Below are positions 10,668 to 20,699 of a DNA stretch of 32,000 bases, piece after piece (positions within the stretch are counted from its first letter, which is position 1; each line of letters starts with the position of its first letter). A program made the position numbers and the translations under genes. Under the pieces are notes generated by a model. It was not told the DNA's origin. It searched no databases and saw nothing but the letters and a program-made list of their open reading frames with translations. This DNA comes from Vibrio vulnificus CMCP6 (GTDB lineage: Bacteria; Pseudomonadota; Gammaproteobacteria; Enterobacterales; Vibrionaceae), in assembly GCF_000039765.1 (NCBI RefSeq), contig NC_004459.3, positions 1,890,001 through 1,922,000 on the forward strand, given 5' to 3'.

Positions 10668-11243
10668 CTACGACTCCTTTTGCTTTTTGGCAACCAGTGC
10701 CAAGCGCTTTCCTAATTGTTGCGCCAAGCGAATTTCTTCTGTGGTGAGTGAGCTTTCGTGACCAACACTACTTGCGCCATATGGGGTGCCACCCGATTGT
10801 GTTTGGTGCAGATCAGGCTCCGAATAAGGGATACCCAAAATCAACATGCCGTGATGCAGCAGTGGGACCATCATATTCTGTAGCGTCGTTTCTTGACCCC
10901 CGTGCATACTACTTGATGAAGTAAAAACACAGGCTGGTTTATCAATCAAAGATCCATTCAACCACAGTGGTGAGGTTTGATCCCAAAAGTGCTTTAGTGG
11001 CGTTGCCATTGCACCAAACCAAACGGGGCTTCCCAAAGCAAGCCCGTCACAGTTACGCAACTCATCCAGAGTAACAATAGGCTCTGATGCTTGTTGTGAG
11101 CTGGCGTTCAATTCTGTAACGGTGCGCAGGACAGCTTCGCAATGGGGAATGGATTCAATTCCCCGGGCAATTTGGCGAGCAAGTAACTTGGTTTTTCCGT
11201 GACGGCTGTAGTACAGCACCAACAGCTGAGTAGTCACTGACAA
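10668..11243 (-). CDS. wrbA: WrbA-like NAD(P)H:quinone oxidoreductase / flavodoxin-fold protein
   Basis: VLYYSRHGKTKLLARQIARGIE (FMN-binding flavodoxin motif), GSPVWFGAMATPLKHFWDQT, FTSSSSMHGGQETT. Confidence 0.8.
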   Translation of the reverse strand: MSVTTQLLVLYYSRHGKTKLLARQIARGIESIPHCEAVLRTVTELNASSQQASEPIVTLDELRNCDGLALGSPVWFGAMATPLKHFWDQTSPLWLNGSLIDKPACVFTSSSSMHGGQETTLQNMMVPLLHHGMLILGIPYSEPDLHQTQSGGTPYGASSVGHESSLTTEEIRLAQQLGKRLALVAKKQKES

Positions 11244-11594
11244 TTACAAAATCTCTAATACTTGCTCTGGTGGGCGACCAATACGAGCTTGGCCATTAGC
11301 AACCACGACAGGGCGTTCAAAAAGAGATGGGTTTTCTGCCATCGCATTAAACAGTTGTTCGTCAGTGACCTTGTCATCACCTAAAGAGAGCGATTTATAC
11401 AAGTCTTCTTTTGTACGCATCATGTCACGGACAGAGGAAAAGCCCAATTGAGCGTAGAGGGCCTTGAGTTGTTCTACATTCAGTGGCGTTTCAAGGTACT
11501 TCACCACTTCAGGCGTCACGCCATGTTGTTCCAATAGTTCGAGGGTTTGACGGCTCTTTGAGCAGCGTGGATTGTGATAAATCACGACTGACAT
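11244..11594 (-). CDS. arsC: Arsenate reductase (glutaredoxin-dependent) family, YfgD-like
   Basis: MSVVIYHNPRCSKSRQTLELLEQHGV...; FERPVVVANGQARIGRPPEQVLEIL. Internal ATG chosen. Confidence 0.88.
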   Translation of the reverse strand: MSVVIYHNPRCSKSRQTLELLEQHGVTPEVVKYLETPLNVEQLKALYAQLGFSSVRDMMRTKEDLYKSLSLGDDKVTDEQLFNAMAENPSLFERPVVVANGQARIGRPPEQVLEIL

Positions 11595-11610
11595 AGGATT
11601 CTCCATGTAT

Positions 11611-13065
11611 TTATTGTAATGCGAGGAAGCGATCTCGTTGGACCATGAGTTGGTCAATGCGCGCGTCGTATCTTGCCTGCTGCAAACTCCCTAACTCGGC
11701 CAGTTGGCTGGCTTGCGTATAGTATTGGATCGCTTTGTTCCAGTTCGCTTGCAGCGCCAGAATTTCCGCACGTGACGCGAGGTCTTCACCACTGTTACCA
11801 ATGGCAATATTGGCGCGCGAAAGCAGATGCCATCCATTGGTGTCTTCTGGATTATCATGCGTATAACGTTGCAATACACGGATCGCTTCTTCGGTTTTAT
11901 CTGCTTCGAGCAAAGCATTGGCGTAGTTTATCGTTAGAACCTTGTTGTTGGGAATGCGTTCTAACGCACTTTTTAACATTGCGATCGCTTTCTCTGGCTG
12001 TTTTTGCTCGATATAAAGATCAGATAGCGCATCAAGATAGAAAGGATTGTTACCCTCATTTTTAATTAATCGGGCCAAAATCGTTTCAGCTTGATCCAAT
12101 TCTTTTTTGTCTAAATGCACCAGCGCTCTGCCATATTCAAAGGCCGGTTTGAGGTCTGGCGTTGCTTTTTTCTCCGTACGAGCAAACCAGTCCATCGCCG
12201 CATCGGCGTCAATTCCTGCGTAGCGAGCGACAATTCGAGCTCGAGTGAGGTGATAGTCGAGCGATGGATTCACGCGATGCGGAGGATACGACTGTGCACG
12301 AGCACGGCTGTCGGTAATTCGATCTTCAGGCAGCGGGTGCGTCAGCAGCATCGGTGGCGGCGTGCTTGCGTAACGGTATTCATCAGCCAAACGTGAGAAA
12401 AAAGTGGGCATGGCTTGCACATCAAAACCTGCCTTTGCAAGCGTATTGATGCCGAAGCGATCGGCCTCTTTTTCATTACTTCTCGTGTAGTTGATCTGGC
12501 TTTGCATATTTCCTGCGGTTGTTGCAGTGATTGCAGCAATACCCGCTTCGGGCGCGGCGATGGCCAGCAACAGCGAGCCTGCTAATGCCGCAAGGGTTGC
12601 AGGAGAGCGTCTCGCTTGCTCTTCCATGCTGCGAGCCAAATGTCGTTGAGTGACGTGGGCAATTTCGTGCGCCACAACGGACGCCAACTCACTTTCTGTT
12701 CGAGCATGAAGAAACAGGCCTGAGTGCAAGGCGACGTAACCACCAAAAAAGGCGAATGCGTTGATGTTTCGATCACGGATCATGAAGAAATGAAAGGGCG
12801 TTTTTACATCGTTGGCATTGGCAACCAAGCGGTGGCCGAGAGAATCGATATACTCGTTAATGACTGGGTCATTGACGATGGGTTTGCTGCTGCGCAGCAT
12901 GCGCATGTAGGCATCACCATAGATTAATTCTTGATCGATCGACAACGTGGCGCCTGCCGCTGTCCCAATGTCAGGCAAATCAATTGAATTGGCCCAAGCA
13001 GGTGTTGGCAAAGCTAAAGTCAAAGCGACAGATAAACTAATAATGGTACGCGCGCGTTTTAACAT
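11611..13065 (-). CDS. bepA: Beta-barrel assembly-enhancing M48 metalloprotease with TPR repeats
   Basis: Signal peptide then VVAHEIAHVTQRH (HExxH) and SNEKEADRFG; C-terminal TPR-like helices; neighbourhood perM/arsC matches E. coli bepA (yfgC). Confidence 0.92.
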   Translation of the reverse strand: MLKRARTIISLSVALTLALPTPAWANSIDLPDIGTAAGATLSIDQELIYGDAYMRMLRSSKPIVNDPVINEYIDSLGHRLVANANDVKTPFHFFMIRDRNINAFAFFGGYVALHSGLFLHARTESELASVVAHEIAHVTQRHLARSMEEQARRSPATLAALAGSLLLAIAAPEAGIAAITATTAGNMQSQINYTRSNEKEADRFGINTLAKAGFDVQAMPTFFSRLADEYRYASTPPPMLLTHPLPEDRITDSRARAQSYPPHRVNPSLDYHLTRARIVARYAGIDADAAMDWFARTEKKATPDLKPAFEYGRALVHLDKKELDQAETILARLIKNEGNNPFYLDALSDLYIEQKQPEKAIAMLKSALERIPNNKVLTINYANALLEADKTEEAIRVLQRYTHDNPEDTNGWHLLSRANIAIGNSGEDLASRAEILALQANWNKAIQYYTQASQLAELGSLQQARYDARIDQLMVQRDRFLALQ

Positions 13066-13250
13066 AGTAATGATTAACTCTCCATATAGCTGCAATATTA
13101 AGACCCATTGCTGGCTAATTGGTTTCGTAAAGTGTTACAAAAGAAAATGCCAGTCCCTTACTTAAACTGCAAATCAAACTTTGATAAATGCTGGCACCTG
13201 TAAAAAAACACTTTACAATATCACCCCTATCATCAGTTTTAGGCGAGAAG

Positions 13251-13493
13251 ATGGAACGTAAGCGACTCGATCTTAGACAACAACGCTGCCCAATGTCATT
13301 ACTTTTGGCTAAGCGCCACAGTGCAGAGTTATCGGAAGGAAGTCAATTAGTTATTCAACTATCCGACCAAAGCTCTATGCGCGATATCGTCAAGTATCTT
13401 CAATCACGTCAGTTTCTCGTCGAGACAACCATGGAACAGGAAGATTACCTCCTGACTATCACTTTTAATAAGGAAATGTCACAAGATGTTTGA
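13251..13493 (+). CDS. TusA-like sulfurtransferase-family small protein
   Basis: 80-aa protein MERKRLDLRQQRCPMSLLLAKRH...; TusA fold with Cys-Pro motif; stop overlaps perM start. Confidence 0.75.
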   Translation: MERKRLDLRQQRCPMSLLLAKRHSAELSEGSQLVIQLSDQSSMRDIVKYLQSRQFLVETTMEQEDYLLTITFNKEMSQDV

Positions 13494-14556
13494 AATGATC
13501 AACCGCTGGTATAAGCGCCGTTTTTCAGACCCCCATGCCGTCAGCTTAGTGGCTATCCTGCTATTTGGTTTTGTGACGATCTATTTCTTTGGCCACTTGC
13601 TGGCTCCTTTGTTAGTTGCCATTGTTTTGGCCTATTTGTTGGAATGGCCCGTTGCACAACTTCGTCGCTTTGGCGTACCGAGAACCGTTGGCGTGATCGC
13701 CGTGATTCTTCTGTTTATCGGATTGATGTTGATTGCGCTGTTTGGATTGATTCCAACCATTTGGACTCAGGTGGGTAACTTAATCAATGACGTTCCTAAC
13801 ATGTACAACGGGCTGCAGCAGTTTATTGCATCGCTGCCTGAACGTTATCCTGAGTTGGCCAATTTACAAATCGTAGAAGCGATTGTCACCAACGCGAAAA
13901 ACAAAGTGTTGGGAATGGGAGAGAGTGTCGTTAAAGGTTCATTAGCTTCTTTGATCAGCATTGCAACCTTAGCGGTATACCTCATTCTAGTGCCTTTGCT
14001 GGTGTTCTTCTTACTCAAAGACAAAGAAGAAATGATGCGCATGGCCAGCGGCTTGCTGCCAAAGAATCGCAACTTAGCCAATAAAGTGTGGCATGAGATG
14101 AACGAGCAAATCTCCAACTACATCCGCGGCAAAGTGCTGGAGATCTTGATTGTTGGTGGGGTGAGTTATGTTACTTTCGCCATTTTGGACCTGAGGTATT
14201 CGGCGTTGCTCGCAGTGGCGGTGGGCCTTTCCGTGCTCATTCCATACATTGGTGCAGCGGCGGTAACGGTTCCCGTCGCGATTGTCGCGTTGTTCCAGTG
14301 GGGGATCTCAACCGAATTTTATACGTTGCTTATTGCTTATGGCATCATTCAAGCACTCGACGGTAACGTGCTTGTTCCGGTCCTCTTTTCTGAAGCGGTG
14401 AACCTGCATCCAGTGGCCATCATTGTTGCGGTCTTGGTGTTTGGTGGTCTGTGGGGATTTTGGGGCGTGTTCTTCGCTATCCCGTTGGCGACCTTAGTGA
14501 AAGCGGTTTGGAAAGCACTGCCAAGTCAAGATGAGCACGAAGCGCAACCGTCCTAA
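13486..14556 (+). CDS. perM: AI-2E family transporter / PerM permease
   Basis: 356-aa polytopic protein with GLSVLIPYIGAAAVTVPVAIVALFQWG and DGNVLVPVLFSEAVNLHPVAII segments. Confidence 0.88.
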   Translation: MFEMINRWYKRRFSDPHAVSLVAILLFGFVTIYFFGHLLAPLLVAIVLAYLLEWPVAQLRRFGVPRTVGVIAVILLFIGLMLIALFGLIPTIWTQVGNLINDVPNMYNGLQQFIASLPERYPELANLQIVEAIVTNAKNKVLGMGESVVKGSLASLISIATLAVYLILVPLLVFFLLKDKEEMMRMASGLLPKNRNLANKVWHEMNEQISNYIRGKVLEILIVGGVSYVTFAILDLRYSALLAVAVGLSVLIPYIGAAAVTVPVAIVALFQWGISTEFYTLLIAYGIIQALDGNVLVPVLFSEAVNLHPVAIIVAVLVFGGLWGFWGVFFAIPLATLVKAVWKALPSQDEHEAQPS

Positions 14557-14598
14557 GATGGTATTGACTCAATTCATTCATTTATTACTCATAAAAGA

Positions 14599-14626
14599 AA
14601 GCCCAGCGAACACGCTGGGCTTATTA
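14599..14626. terminator. Candidate terminator after perM, convergent with bcp
   Basis: 10-bp stem aagcccagcg/cgctgggctt (14599-14608, 14613-14622); short T-rich tail. Confidence 0.65.
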
Positions 14627-14662
14627 TTGTCTGCTGGATAAGTAAAAATGCTTTAACTCGTC

Positions 14663-15133
14663 CTATTTGCTCTGCTCAAGATAATTAAGAACCACTTCAT
14701 GGTGGTCTTTGGTTTTGAACTTATCAAAGACGTGTTCAATGACACCTTCCTCGTTGATGAGGAAACTAATACGGTGTAGGCCATCGTACACTTTGCCCAT
14801 GAACTTTTTCTCGCCCCAAACACCAAATTGTTCAGCAACGGCGTGATCTTCATCTGACAACAAAGTGAAGTTGAGCGAATCTCGTTCAATAAACTTACCT
14901 AGGCGTTTGACTGGATCGATACTTACGCCCAGCACAACCACATTATGCTTTGCGAGCTCGCTATGGACGTCACGTAGACCTTGAGCCTGAACGGTACAAC
15001 CGGGAGTCATTGCTTTTGGGTAGAAGTAAAAGAGAACTTTTTTTCCTTTGAGGTCTTTGAGCGAGACAAGATTTCCATTTTGATCAGGCAAAGAAAATTC
15101 TGGAGCAGGGGAGCCTGCTTGCAGCATATTCAT
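14663..15133 (-). CDS. bcp: Thioredoxin-dependent thiol peroxidase (peroxiredoxin)
   Basis: GSPAPEFSLPDQNGNLVSLKDLKGKKVLFYFYPKAMTPGCTVQA; next to gcvR as in E. coli. Confidence 0.95.
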   Translation of the reverse strand: MNMLQAGSPAPEFSLPDQNGNLVSLKDLKGKKVLFYFYPKAMTPGCTVQAQGLRDVHSELAKHNVVVLGVSIDPVKRLGKFIERDSLNFTLLSDEDHAVAEQFGVWGEKKFMGKVYDGLHRISFLINEEGVIEHVFDKFKTKDHHEVVLNYLEQSK

Positions 15134-15146
15134 GTCATTATTCCTT

Positions 15147-15689
15147 TTAAAGGGTGTTTTTTATAAAGTTCAGCGTGCCTTGTACGTTCAGCGAACGGCA
15201 AAGATCATTAAAATCTTCCTGAATCTGCATTAAATTGGATTCGTTTTGTACGTGTGCCGTAATCGCGATGTGGAACTGGTCTTGCTCCATTTGTACCGCG
15301 GCTTTATCGATGGTTTGGGCACTGAGTGCGCTCAGGCCGATTTGCTTTTCTGCAAAGAATTGTGTGAATTTTTCGGTGAGGCCGACGCGGTCATCCGATT
15401 CAACAAACACCTCAATGGTGTAGCAATTTGTCGTTGGATGATGAGCCGACGTTCGCTTCATTATGGTGATGAGATCATGTTCTTGGCCGAGCAGTGGTAA
15501 AGTGGTCTCGACTCGAGTGACGCCATTAGTGTTGCCAGACAGCAGCATGATGAGGGTAAACTCATTGCCAAAAATGGCGATTCGACTGTCAATAATGTTA
15601 CAACCCGCACGCGTCACCAGTTGGACAACCTGGTTACAGATGCCTGGCCGATCCGTGCCCATTGCGGTAATTACCAGATGTTGAGTCAT
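15147..15689 (-). CDS. gcvR: Glycine cleavage system transcriptional repressor (ACT-domain protein)
   Basis: MTQHLVITAMGTDRPGICNQVVQLVTRAGCNIIDSRIAIFGNEFTLIMLLSG; two ACT domains; start at internal ATG 15689. Confidence 0.92.
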   Translation of the reverse strand: MTQHLVITAMGTDRPGICNQVVQLVTRAGCNIIDSRIAIFGNEFTLIMLLSGNTNGVTRVETTLPLLGQEHDLITIMKRTSAHHPTTNCYTIEVFVESDDRVGLTEKFTQFFAEKQIGLSALSAQTIDKAAVQMEQDQFHIAITAHVQNESNLMQIQEDFNDLCRSLNVQGTLNFIKNTL

Positions 15690-16069
15690 AGATTCGCTCT
15701 TATTGTGCATTTTGTTTTTTCCGGATGGTAACACAGAAGTTTATGGAAAATGTCGAGTCGCTTCCGTTTTTTATGTTAGGGAACGCTGTGTTGATGGTCT
15801 TGGAATTCACCAGACGCTGACAAGCCTACATCCTAGTCTCATTATAGTTGAGCAAAACTCGCTTTTCCGAGCGAATCGCTTATTGTCAAATATCCCCTAA
15901 GAAGCCGGGTTGAAGGCTCTGAACCTTCGATTGAGGGGCGGTTTGGCTACATAAATCACCAATCAACTCAAATATTCATCCACTAGTATTCAGGAAGCGA
16001 GTTTGCGCTCTTGTTTTTTTGAATCGCCTTACAGTACCATGCAGGAAGGATTAAATGAGGGAGAAAGAC

Positions 16070-16948
16070 ATGTTATCAGGAAGTATCGTTGCGTTACTTA
16101 CGCCGTTCAAAGCCGATGGAGAAGTAGACTTTGATGGTCTGCAAAAATTAGTTGAATATCACATCGCTGCTGGTACGAACGGTATCGTGGCTGTGGGTAC
16201 CACAGGAGAGTCTTCAACACTGACGGTTGAAGAGCACGTAAAAGTAGTCAACAAAACGGTTGAATTTGTTAATGGTCGAATCCCAGTGATCGCTGGCACG
16301 GGAGCCAATGCTACCCATGAGTCGGTGACCTTCAGCCGTCTGCTGAATGATTCAGGTATCGATGCGTGCCTGAGTGTTACTCCATACTACAATAAGCCAA
16401 CGCAAGAAGGCCTATTCCAGCATTACAAAGCGATTGCTGAAGTGAGTAACGTTCCCCAAATTCTATACAATGTGCCTGGGCGTACTGCGGTTGACCTTTT
16501 GCCAGAGCCCGTTGCTCGTTTGGCTGAGCTCGAAAACATCGTTGCACTAAAAGATGCGACTGGTGATTTAAATCGAGTTGCAATTCATCGTGAACTTTGT
16601 GGCGAAGATTTTATCTTACTAAGTGGTGATGATGCGACAGGCCTAGATTTCGTCAAACTTGGCGGTCAAGGCGTGATTTCGGTTACCAACAATATTGCTG
16701 CAAAAGATATGGCGGATATGTTCCGTTTGGCCCTTGAAGGCCGTTTTGAAGAAGCGGAAGTGATCAATCAACGTTTGATGCCACTGCATAAAAACTTGTT
16801 TATCGAATCTAGCCCAATTCCAGTGAAATGGGCAGCGACACAACTTGGTTTGATTGAATGCGGGCATTTACGTCTACCGTTGACTGAGTTATCGGAAAAA
16901 TGTCATCCGATCGTTGCACAAGCAATGACCGACGCAGGGATTTACTAA
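16070..16948 (+). CDS. dapA: 4-hydroxy-tetrahydrodipicolinate synthase
   Basis: [25 protein letters not shown]; [14 protein letters not shown]; ALKDATGDL. Confidence 0.97.
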   Translation: MLSGSIVALLTPFKADGEVDFDGLQKLVEYHIAAGTNGIVAVGTTGESSTLTVEEHVKVVNKTVEFVNGRIPVIAGTGANATHESVTFSRLLNDSGIDACLSVTPYYNKPTQEGLFQHYKAIAEVSNVPQILYNVPGRTAVDLLPEPVARLAELENIVALKDATGDLNRVAIHRELCGEDFILLSGDDATGLDFVKLGGQGVISVTNNIAAKDMADMFRLALEGRFEEAEVINQRLMPLHKNLFIESSPIPVKWAATQLGLIECGHLRLPLTELSEKCHPIVAQAMTDAGIY

Positions 16949-16961
16949 GAGAATGTAGTCA

Positions 16962-16980
16962 CGCCGGAGAACATCCGGCG
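16962..16980 (+). repeat. Intercistronic stem-loop between dapA and bamC
   Basis: Perfect inverted repeat cgccgga-gaaca-tccggcg just 5' of the bamC ribosome-binding site; no T-run. Confidence 0.6.
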
Positions 16981-16994
16981 CTTTAGGAGTTTCA

Positions 16995-18014
16995 ATGAAG
17001 TTTTCTCGTCAGTTAGTGCTTAGCTCGCTGGCTGTTTTTGTTTTGTCTGCCTGTTCTGGTAGCGCCACACAACGCCGTCAGGCAAAGGATGACTTTGCTT
17101 ACCTAGAAACACCACCACTTGAGCAGTGGCAATTACCTGAAGGGGCAACCCCTCAATTTTATCCAAATTACAATATCCCTCAGGGTGAGTTTGCGGGTGG
17201 CATTGGTAAGCAAGTGGATATCCGTCCACCTCAGCAAATTTTAGAATTGATCCCGGGTGCACGTTATGAGCGCAGTCAGGGAGAAGTCACGCTTTGGCTG
17301 ATCAAGCAAGAAGAAGCGGATGAAGTGTGGCAAACGGTGAAAGATATGCTGGCTGAGCGTCAAATTCCGATCGACATGCAATCCGATACTCACATCGAGA
17401 CGGGTTGGGTTACGTGGCGCTCTGAAGATGAAGAGATGGAAATCGGTAGCCGATATGCAATTGATCGCTTCGAAGCAAACAATCGTCATGGTTTTAAAAT
17501 CAATTTGGTTGATTGGCGAGAAGGCACTGAGCTTAAGCCGGTAACGCTTACCAATAAAGAGCGCTACAATGTGTTTATGACCAATTTGGTGACGTCTCAG
17601 TACGACCAAGTCAAACGCGATGAAGCGCAGCGTCGAGCTCAGGAATTGGTGAAGCAAATCCCTATCACGATGGGTACCGATAGAAGTGGTTTCCCGGTCA
17701 TCATTGCACGTACTCCGTACAATGTGCTCTGGCAGCGTCTTCCTACGATTCTTCCGCAAATGGGTTTCACGATTGACGAGCGCAACCAATCTCAAGGCAC
17801 CATCAAAGCGAAATACGCCTCGCCGGATGATGAATTCTGGAATGAAATCGGTGTGAAGCCGATGGAGCTCAAGTCAGGCACTTACACATTCTTGTTTGGT
17901 GATTTGGGTAACCGTACATCCATTAACGTGACCGATTCTTCGGGTAAACCGGTTGAGGAAGCGTTTTTGAAATCGATGGCACCCGTCTTAGCCGCGGTGG
18001 TTAAGAAAGAGTAA
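16995..18014 (+). CDS. bamC: Outer membrane protein assembly factor BamC (lipoprotein)
   Basis: Lipobox VFVLSAC; 339 aa; immediately downstream of dapA as in E. coli. Confidence 0.93.
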   Translation: MKFSRQLVLSSLAVFVLSACSGSATQRRQAKDDFAYLETPPLEQWQLPEGATPQFYPNYNIPQGEFAGGIGKQVDIRPPQQILELIPGARYERSQGEVTLWLIKQEEADEVWQTVKDMLAERQIPIDMQSDTHIETGWVTWRSEDEEMEIGSRYAIDRFEANNRHGFKINLVDWREGTELKPVTLTNKERYNVFMTNLVTSQYDQVKRDEAQRRAQELVKQIPITMGTDRSGFPVIIARTPYNVLWQRLPTILPQMGFTIDERNQSQGTIKAKYASPDDEFWNEIGVKPMELKSGTYTFLFGDLGNRTSINVTDSSGKPVEEAFLKSMAPVLAAVVKKE

Positions 18015-18026
18015 AAGAGAAAAAGT

Positions 18027-18050
18027 AAAAGGGGCATGATGCCCCTTTTT
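18027..18050 (+). terminator. Rho-independent terminator after bamC
   Basis: aaaaggggca-tga-tgcccctttt then T. Confidence 0.8.
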
Positions 18051-18108
18051 GCTATTTGCTATTTGTGTGCGCACCTGTATTTGGCGTTAGCCAAGATCTC
18101 AATCAGAC

Positions 18109-18315
18109 CTATCTTGAAAGCTCATCATCGTTGTGGGCAGATTGCTGCTTTTTTTGATCAAGCTCGTTGAGCTTATCAAGATCGCTTTTGTCTTTCAGTT
18201 TATCCACTTGGCCTATTTTCATTTTGGCGGTGTATTTTAGTGCCGCGATGTTACCAACGATGACACTGAGTACCACAAAGCTGATGACCCAAGGATTGGT
18301 TAAGATTTCTTGCAT
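18109..18315 (-). CDS. Small membrane protein, DUF2897-like
   Basis: [39 protein letters not shown]...; overlaps the end of the M15 peptidase ORF. Confidence 0.65.
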   Translation of the reverse strand: MQEILTNPWVISFVVLSVIVGNIAALKYTAKMKIGQVDKLKDKSDLDKLNELDQKKQQSAHNDDELSR

Positions 18316-19001
18316 ACAGCCTCCGGTGTACAAATGTTGGCGATAAATTGATTGTAGATCAGAGTAAGATTAGAGAGCACTTGTTCCTGCCCGTCAATGG
18401 GATGAAGTTCCAATTGTTGGCGGAGTTTCTCTGGTGTTAACAGGGTTAGGCATTGCTGAGATGTTGCTAGATGGCTGATATGCCAAGGCTCTGCAGCCAC
18501 GCCTCCTAAGTCTTCCGCATAGGGAAAGAAAAACCCAAAGCGGGACAAGTTCTCTTTTAGCCAGATATGGAATGCTTGCTGGTGTCCAGAGAGGTATTCC
18601 CAAGGTTCCAGTTTGAGCGATTCGTTTTCGGGCAATAGATTGCGCGCAAAGACATCAAAATCGCACCCCCAGTGATGGCGGCTAGCGCCAGGCAAAGCGG
18701 ACCAACGGAGGATGGCCCACATTTTTTCGCTGTCACTGAGCGAGCTTTTATCCATGGGCTGCGAATGATGATCGAGGATCGGAGTTGCAGCGGAAAACTT
18801 ACCATTCCAAATGGCCTTTTGGCGTTGAAAATCACGAAAACCGCTGGCAATTTCCATTTTAAAACCAGCGGTTTGAGCCGCTTCTAGCAGAGTGAAAAGA
18901 TCATTTTTCACCTCAGGGTGGAGCCAAAACCACTTGTCCCCCACTAAAACGTGTTCTAAATGAGACGTTTCGCTGCCAGTCAGCTGCTCAATGGTGTTCA
19001 T
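18300..19001 (-). CDS. M15-family D-alanyl-D-alanine carboxypeptidase (VanY-like)
   Basis: [21 protein letters not shown] (SxHxxGxxxD) and EPWHISH motifs; overlaps dapE stop by 4 bp. Confidence 0.87.
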   Translation of the reverse strand: MNTIEQLTGSETSHLEHVLVGDKWFWLHPEVKNDLFTLLEAAQTAGFKMEIASGFRDFQRQKAIWNGKFSAATPILDHHSQPMDKSSLSDSEKMWAILRWSALPGASRHHWGCDFDVFARNLLPENESLKLEPWEYLSGHQQAFHIWLKENLSRFGFFFPYAEDLGGVAAEPWHISHLATSQQCLTLLTPEKLRQQLELHPIDGQEQVLSNLTLIYNQFIANICTPEAVCKKS

Positions 19002-20131
19002 GCCAATAAGTTTTCCAATGTTTTCTGGTACATATCGGTGAGCTTTTCTAAGTCATCGATCTTCACGCACTCGTTCACTTTATGGATGGTGGCGTTCACC
19101 GGTCCTAGCTCAACTACTTGTCCACCCATTCGTGCGATAAAGCGTCCGTCTGAAGTACCGCCAGTGGTCAGTAACGCGGGTTTGGTTTGGTTGACGCTAT
19201 CGACAGCATCCACCACCGCGTCCAGAAGTGCTCCCGTATCAGTTAGGAATGGGTCGCCGTTGTATGTCCATTTGAGATCGTAATTGAGGTCATGTTGGTC
19301 GAGTGTTTGAGTCACTCGTTCCACAATTCGCTCGTTGCAAAGCTCGGTACTAAAGCGCAAATTGAACTGAACGTGGAACTCACCTGGGATAACATTGGAC
19401 GCACCCGTACCCGCTTGTACGTTCGGGATCTGGAAGCTGGTTGGCGGGAAGTATTCATTACCCTTGTCCCACTCAGTGGTCGCTAGGGCGTGAATTGCCA
19501 AAAGCGATTTGTGCACTGGGTTGTCCGCAAGATGAGGGTAAGCCACATGGCCTTGAGTCCCTTTGACGGTCAAGTCGCCAGTGATCGAACCACGACGACC
19601 ATTTTTTACTACATCACCAACGACTTCGGTGCTTGATGGCTCGCCGACAATACACATGTCGATGTTTTCATCACGCGCCATCAACGTTTCCACAACGCGA
19701 ACCGTGCCATTGATAAACGGGCCTTCCTCATCTGAGGTGATCAGGAAACCGATAGAACCCTGATGATCGGGATGTTCTGCGATAAAACGCTCCGTCGCGA
19801 CGATCATTGCTGCCAATGAGCCTTTCATATCCGCAGCCCCACGGCCATACAAATAGCCTTCTTTTTCGGTCGGTTCAAAAGGCGGTGTGTGCCAATGCTC
19901 TAATTTTCCAGCGGGCACCACGTCAGTGTGGCCTGCAAAGGCGAAGAGTGGCGCTTGTGTGCCACGGCGAGCCCAAAAGTTGGTGGTATCTTCAAACACC
20001 ATGCGCTCAATGGTAAAACCAAGAGCCTCTAGGCGCGCTATCATGACATCTTGGCAACCGGCGTCTTCGGGGGTTACCGACTGGCGACTGATGAGATCTT
20101 TGGTTAGAGCCAGTACTGGGCTGTCTGTCAT
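18998..20131 (-). CDS. dapE: Succinyl-diaminopimelate desuccinylase
   Basis: [27 protein letters not shown]; FAGHTDVVP; [10 protein letters not shown]; [11 protein letters not shown]. Confidence 0.97.
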   Translation of the reverse strand: MTDSPVLALTKDLISRQSVTPEDAGCQDVMIARLEALGFTIERMVFEDTTNFWARRGTQAPLFAFAGHTDVVPAGKLEHWHTPPFEPTEKEGYLYGRGAADMKGSLAAMIVATERFIAEHPDHQGSIGFLITSDEEGPFINGTVRVVETLMARDENIDMCIVGEPSSTEVVGDVVKNGRRGSITGDLTVKGTQGHVAYPHLADNPVHKSLLAIHALATTEWDKGNEYFPPTSFQIPNVQAGTGASNVIPGEFHVQFNLRFSTELCNERIVERVTQTLDQHDLNYDLKWTYNGDPFLTDTGALLDAVVDAVDSVNQTKPALLTTGGTSDGRFIARMGGQVVELGPVNATIHKVNECVKIDDLEKLTDMYQKTLENLLA

Positions 20132-20147
20132 CCTTGATAATCCTTCA

Positions 20148-20495
20148 TTAATTGAAAATTTTTGAATACTGTTCTGCTTTAAAGCCAACGTGTAGCTGGT
20201 CATTGACTCGCAAAATTGGGCGTTTGATCATCGCAGGGTGTGCGACTAGCAAATCAACGGCGGTTGTCTCATTGAGCGACTCTTTTTGCTCGTCAGTCAA
20301 CTGACGGAAGGTGGTGCCGCGCTTATTAAGCACTTGCTCCCAAGTCAATTGCTGACAAAACTCACTCACAAGTTCCGCGTTAATACCTTGCTTACGATAA
20401 TCATGAAATTCGTAAGCAACGCCTGCGTCTTCTAGCCATTTTTTGGCTTTCTTAATGGTGTCGCAGTTAGGAATGCCATACATGGTAATGGTCAC
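20148..20495 (-). CDS. ArsC/Spx-family reductase (YffB-like)
   Basis: [38 protein letters not shown]; upstream of dapE as in E. coli. Start could be GTG 20495 or ATG 20483. Confidence 0.87.
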   Translation of the reverse strand: MTITMYGIPNCDTIKKAKKWLEDAGVAYEFHDYRKQGINAELVSEFCQQLTWEQVLNKRGTTFRQLTDEQKESLNETTAVDLLVAHPAMIKRPILRVNDQLHVGFKAEQYSKIFN

Positions 20496-20699
20496 GTGTT
20501 TTTCCTTTTGGGCTAATTCTTTTTGTTGTGTTTTGCATCCTATCAAGAAGCGACAGAACACACAAAATATCGTCAGGAATATTTTGAAGTTCAAAAAAAC
20601 TCACACTTTCGCTAAGGGGATTGGAGAGTTATTGATCAACCTCAACAAAAGACTGAGAAAAAAAGAAATAATGAGTTAGCACAAGTTTAGGAGGTGTCA

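Noticed and set aside
11244-11594. arsC considered as part of an arsenic resistance operon
   Set aside because: No arsB, arsR or arsA neighbours; sequence and context match the housekeeping YfgD/Spx-like family beside bepA.
12115-12927. Plus-strand ORFs opposite bepA
   Set aside because: Antisense shadows of a confident CDS with signal peptide and HExxH motif.
15235-15900. Several plus-strand ORFs opposite gcvR and in the gcvR-dapA gap
   Set aside because: Antisense to a two-ACT-domain gene or lacking homology features and RBS.
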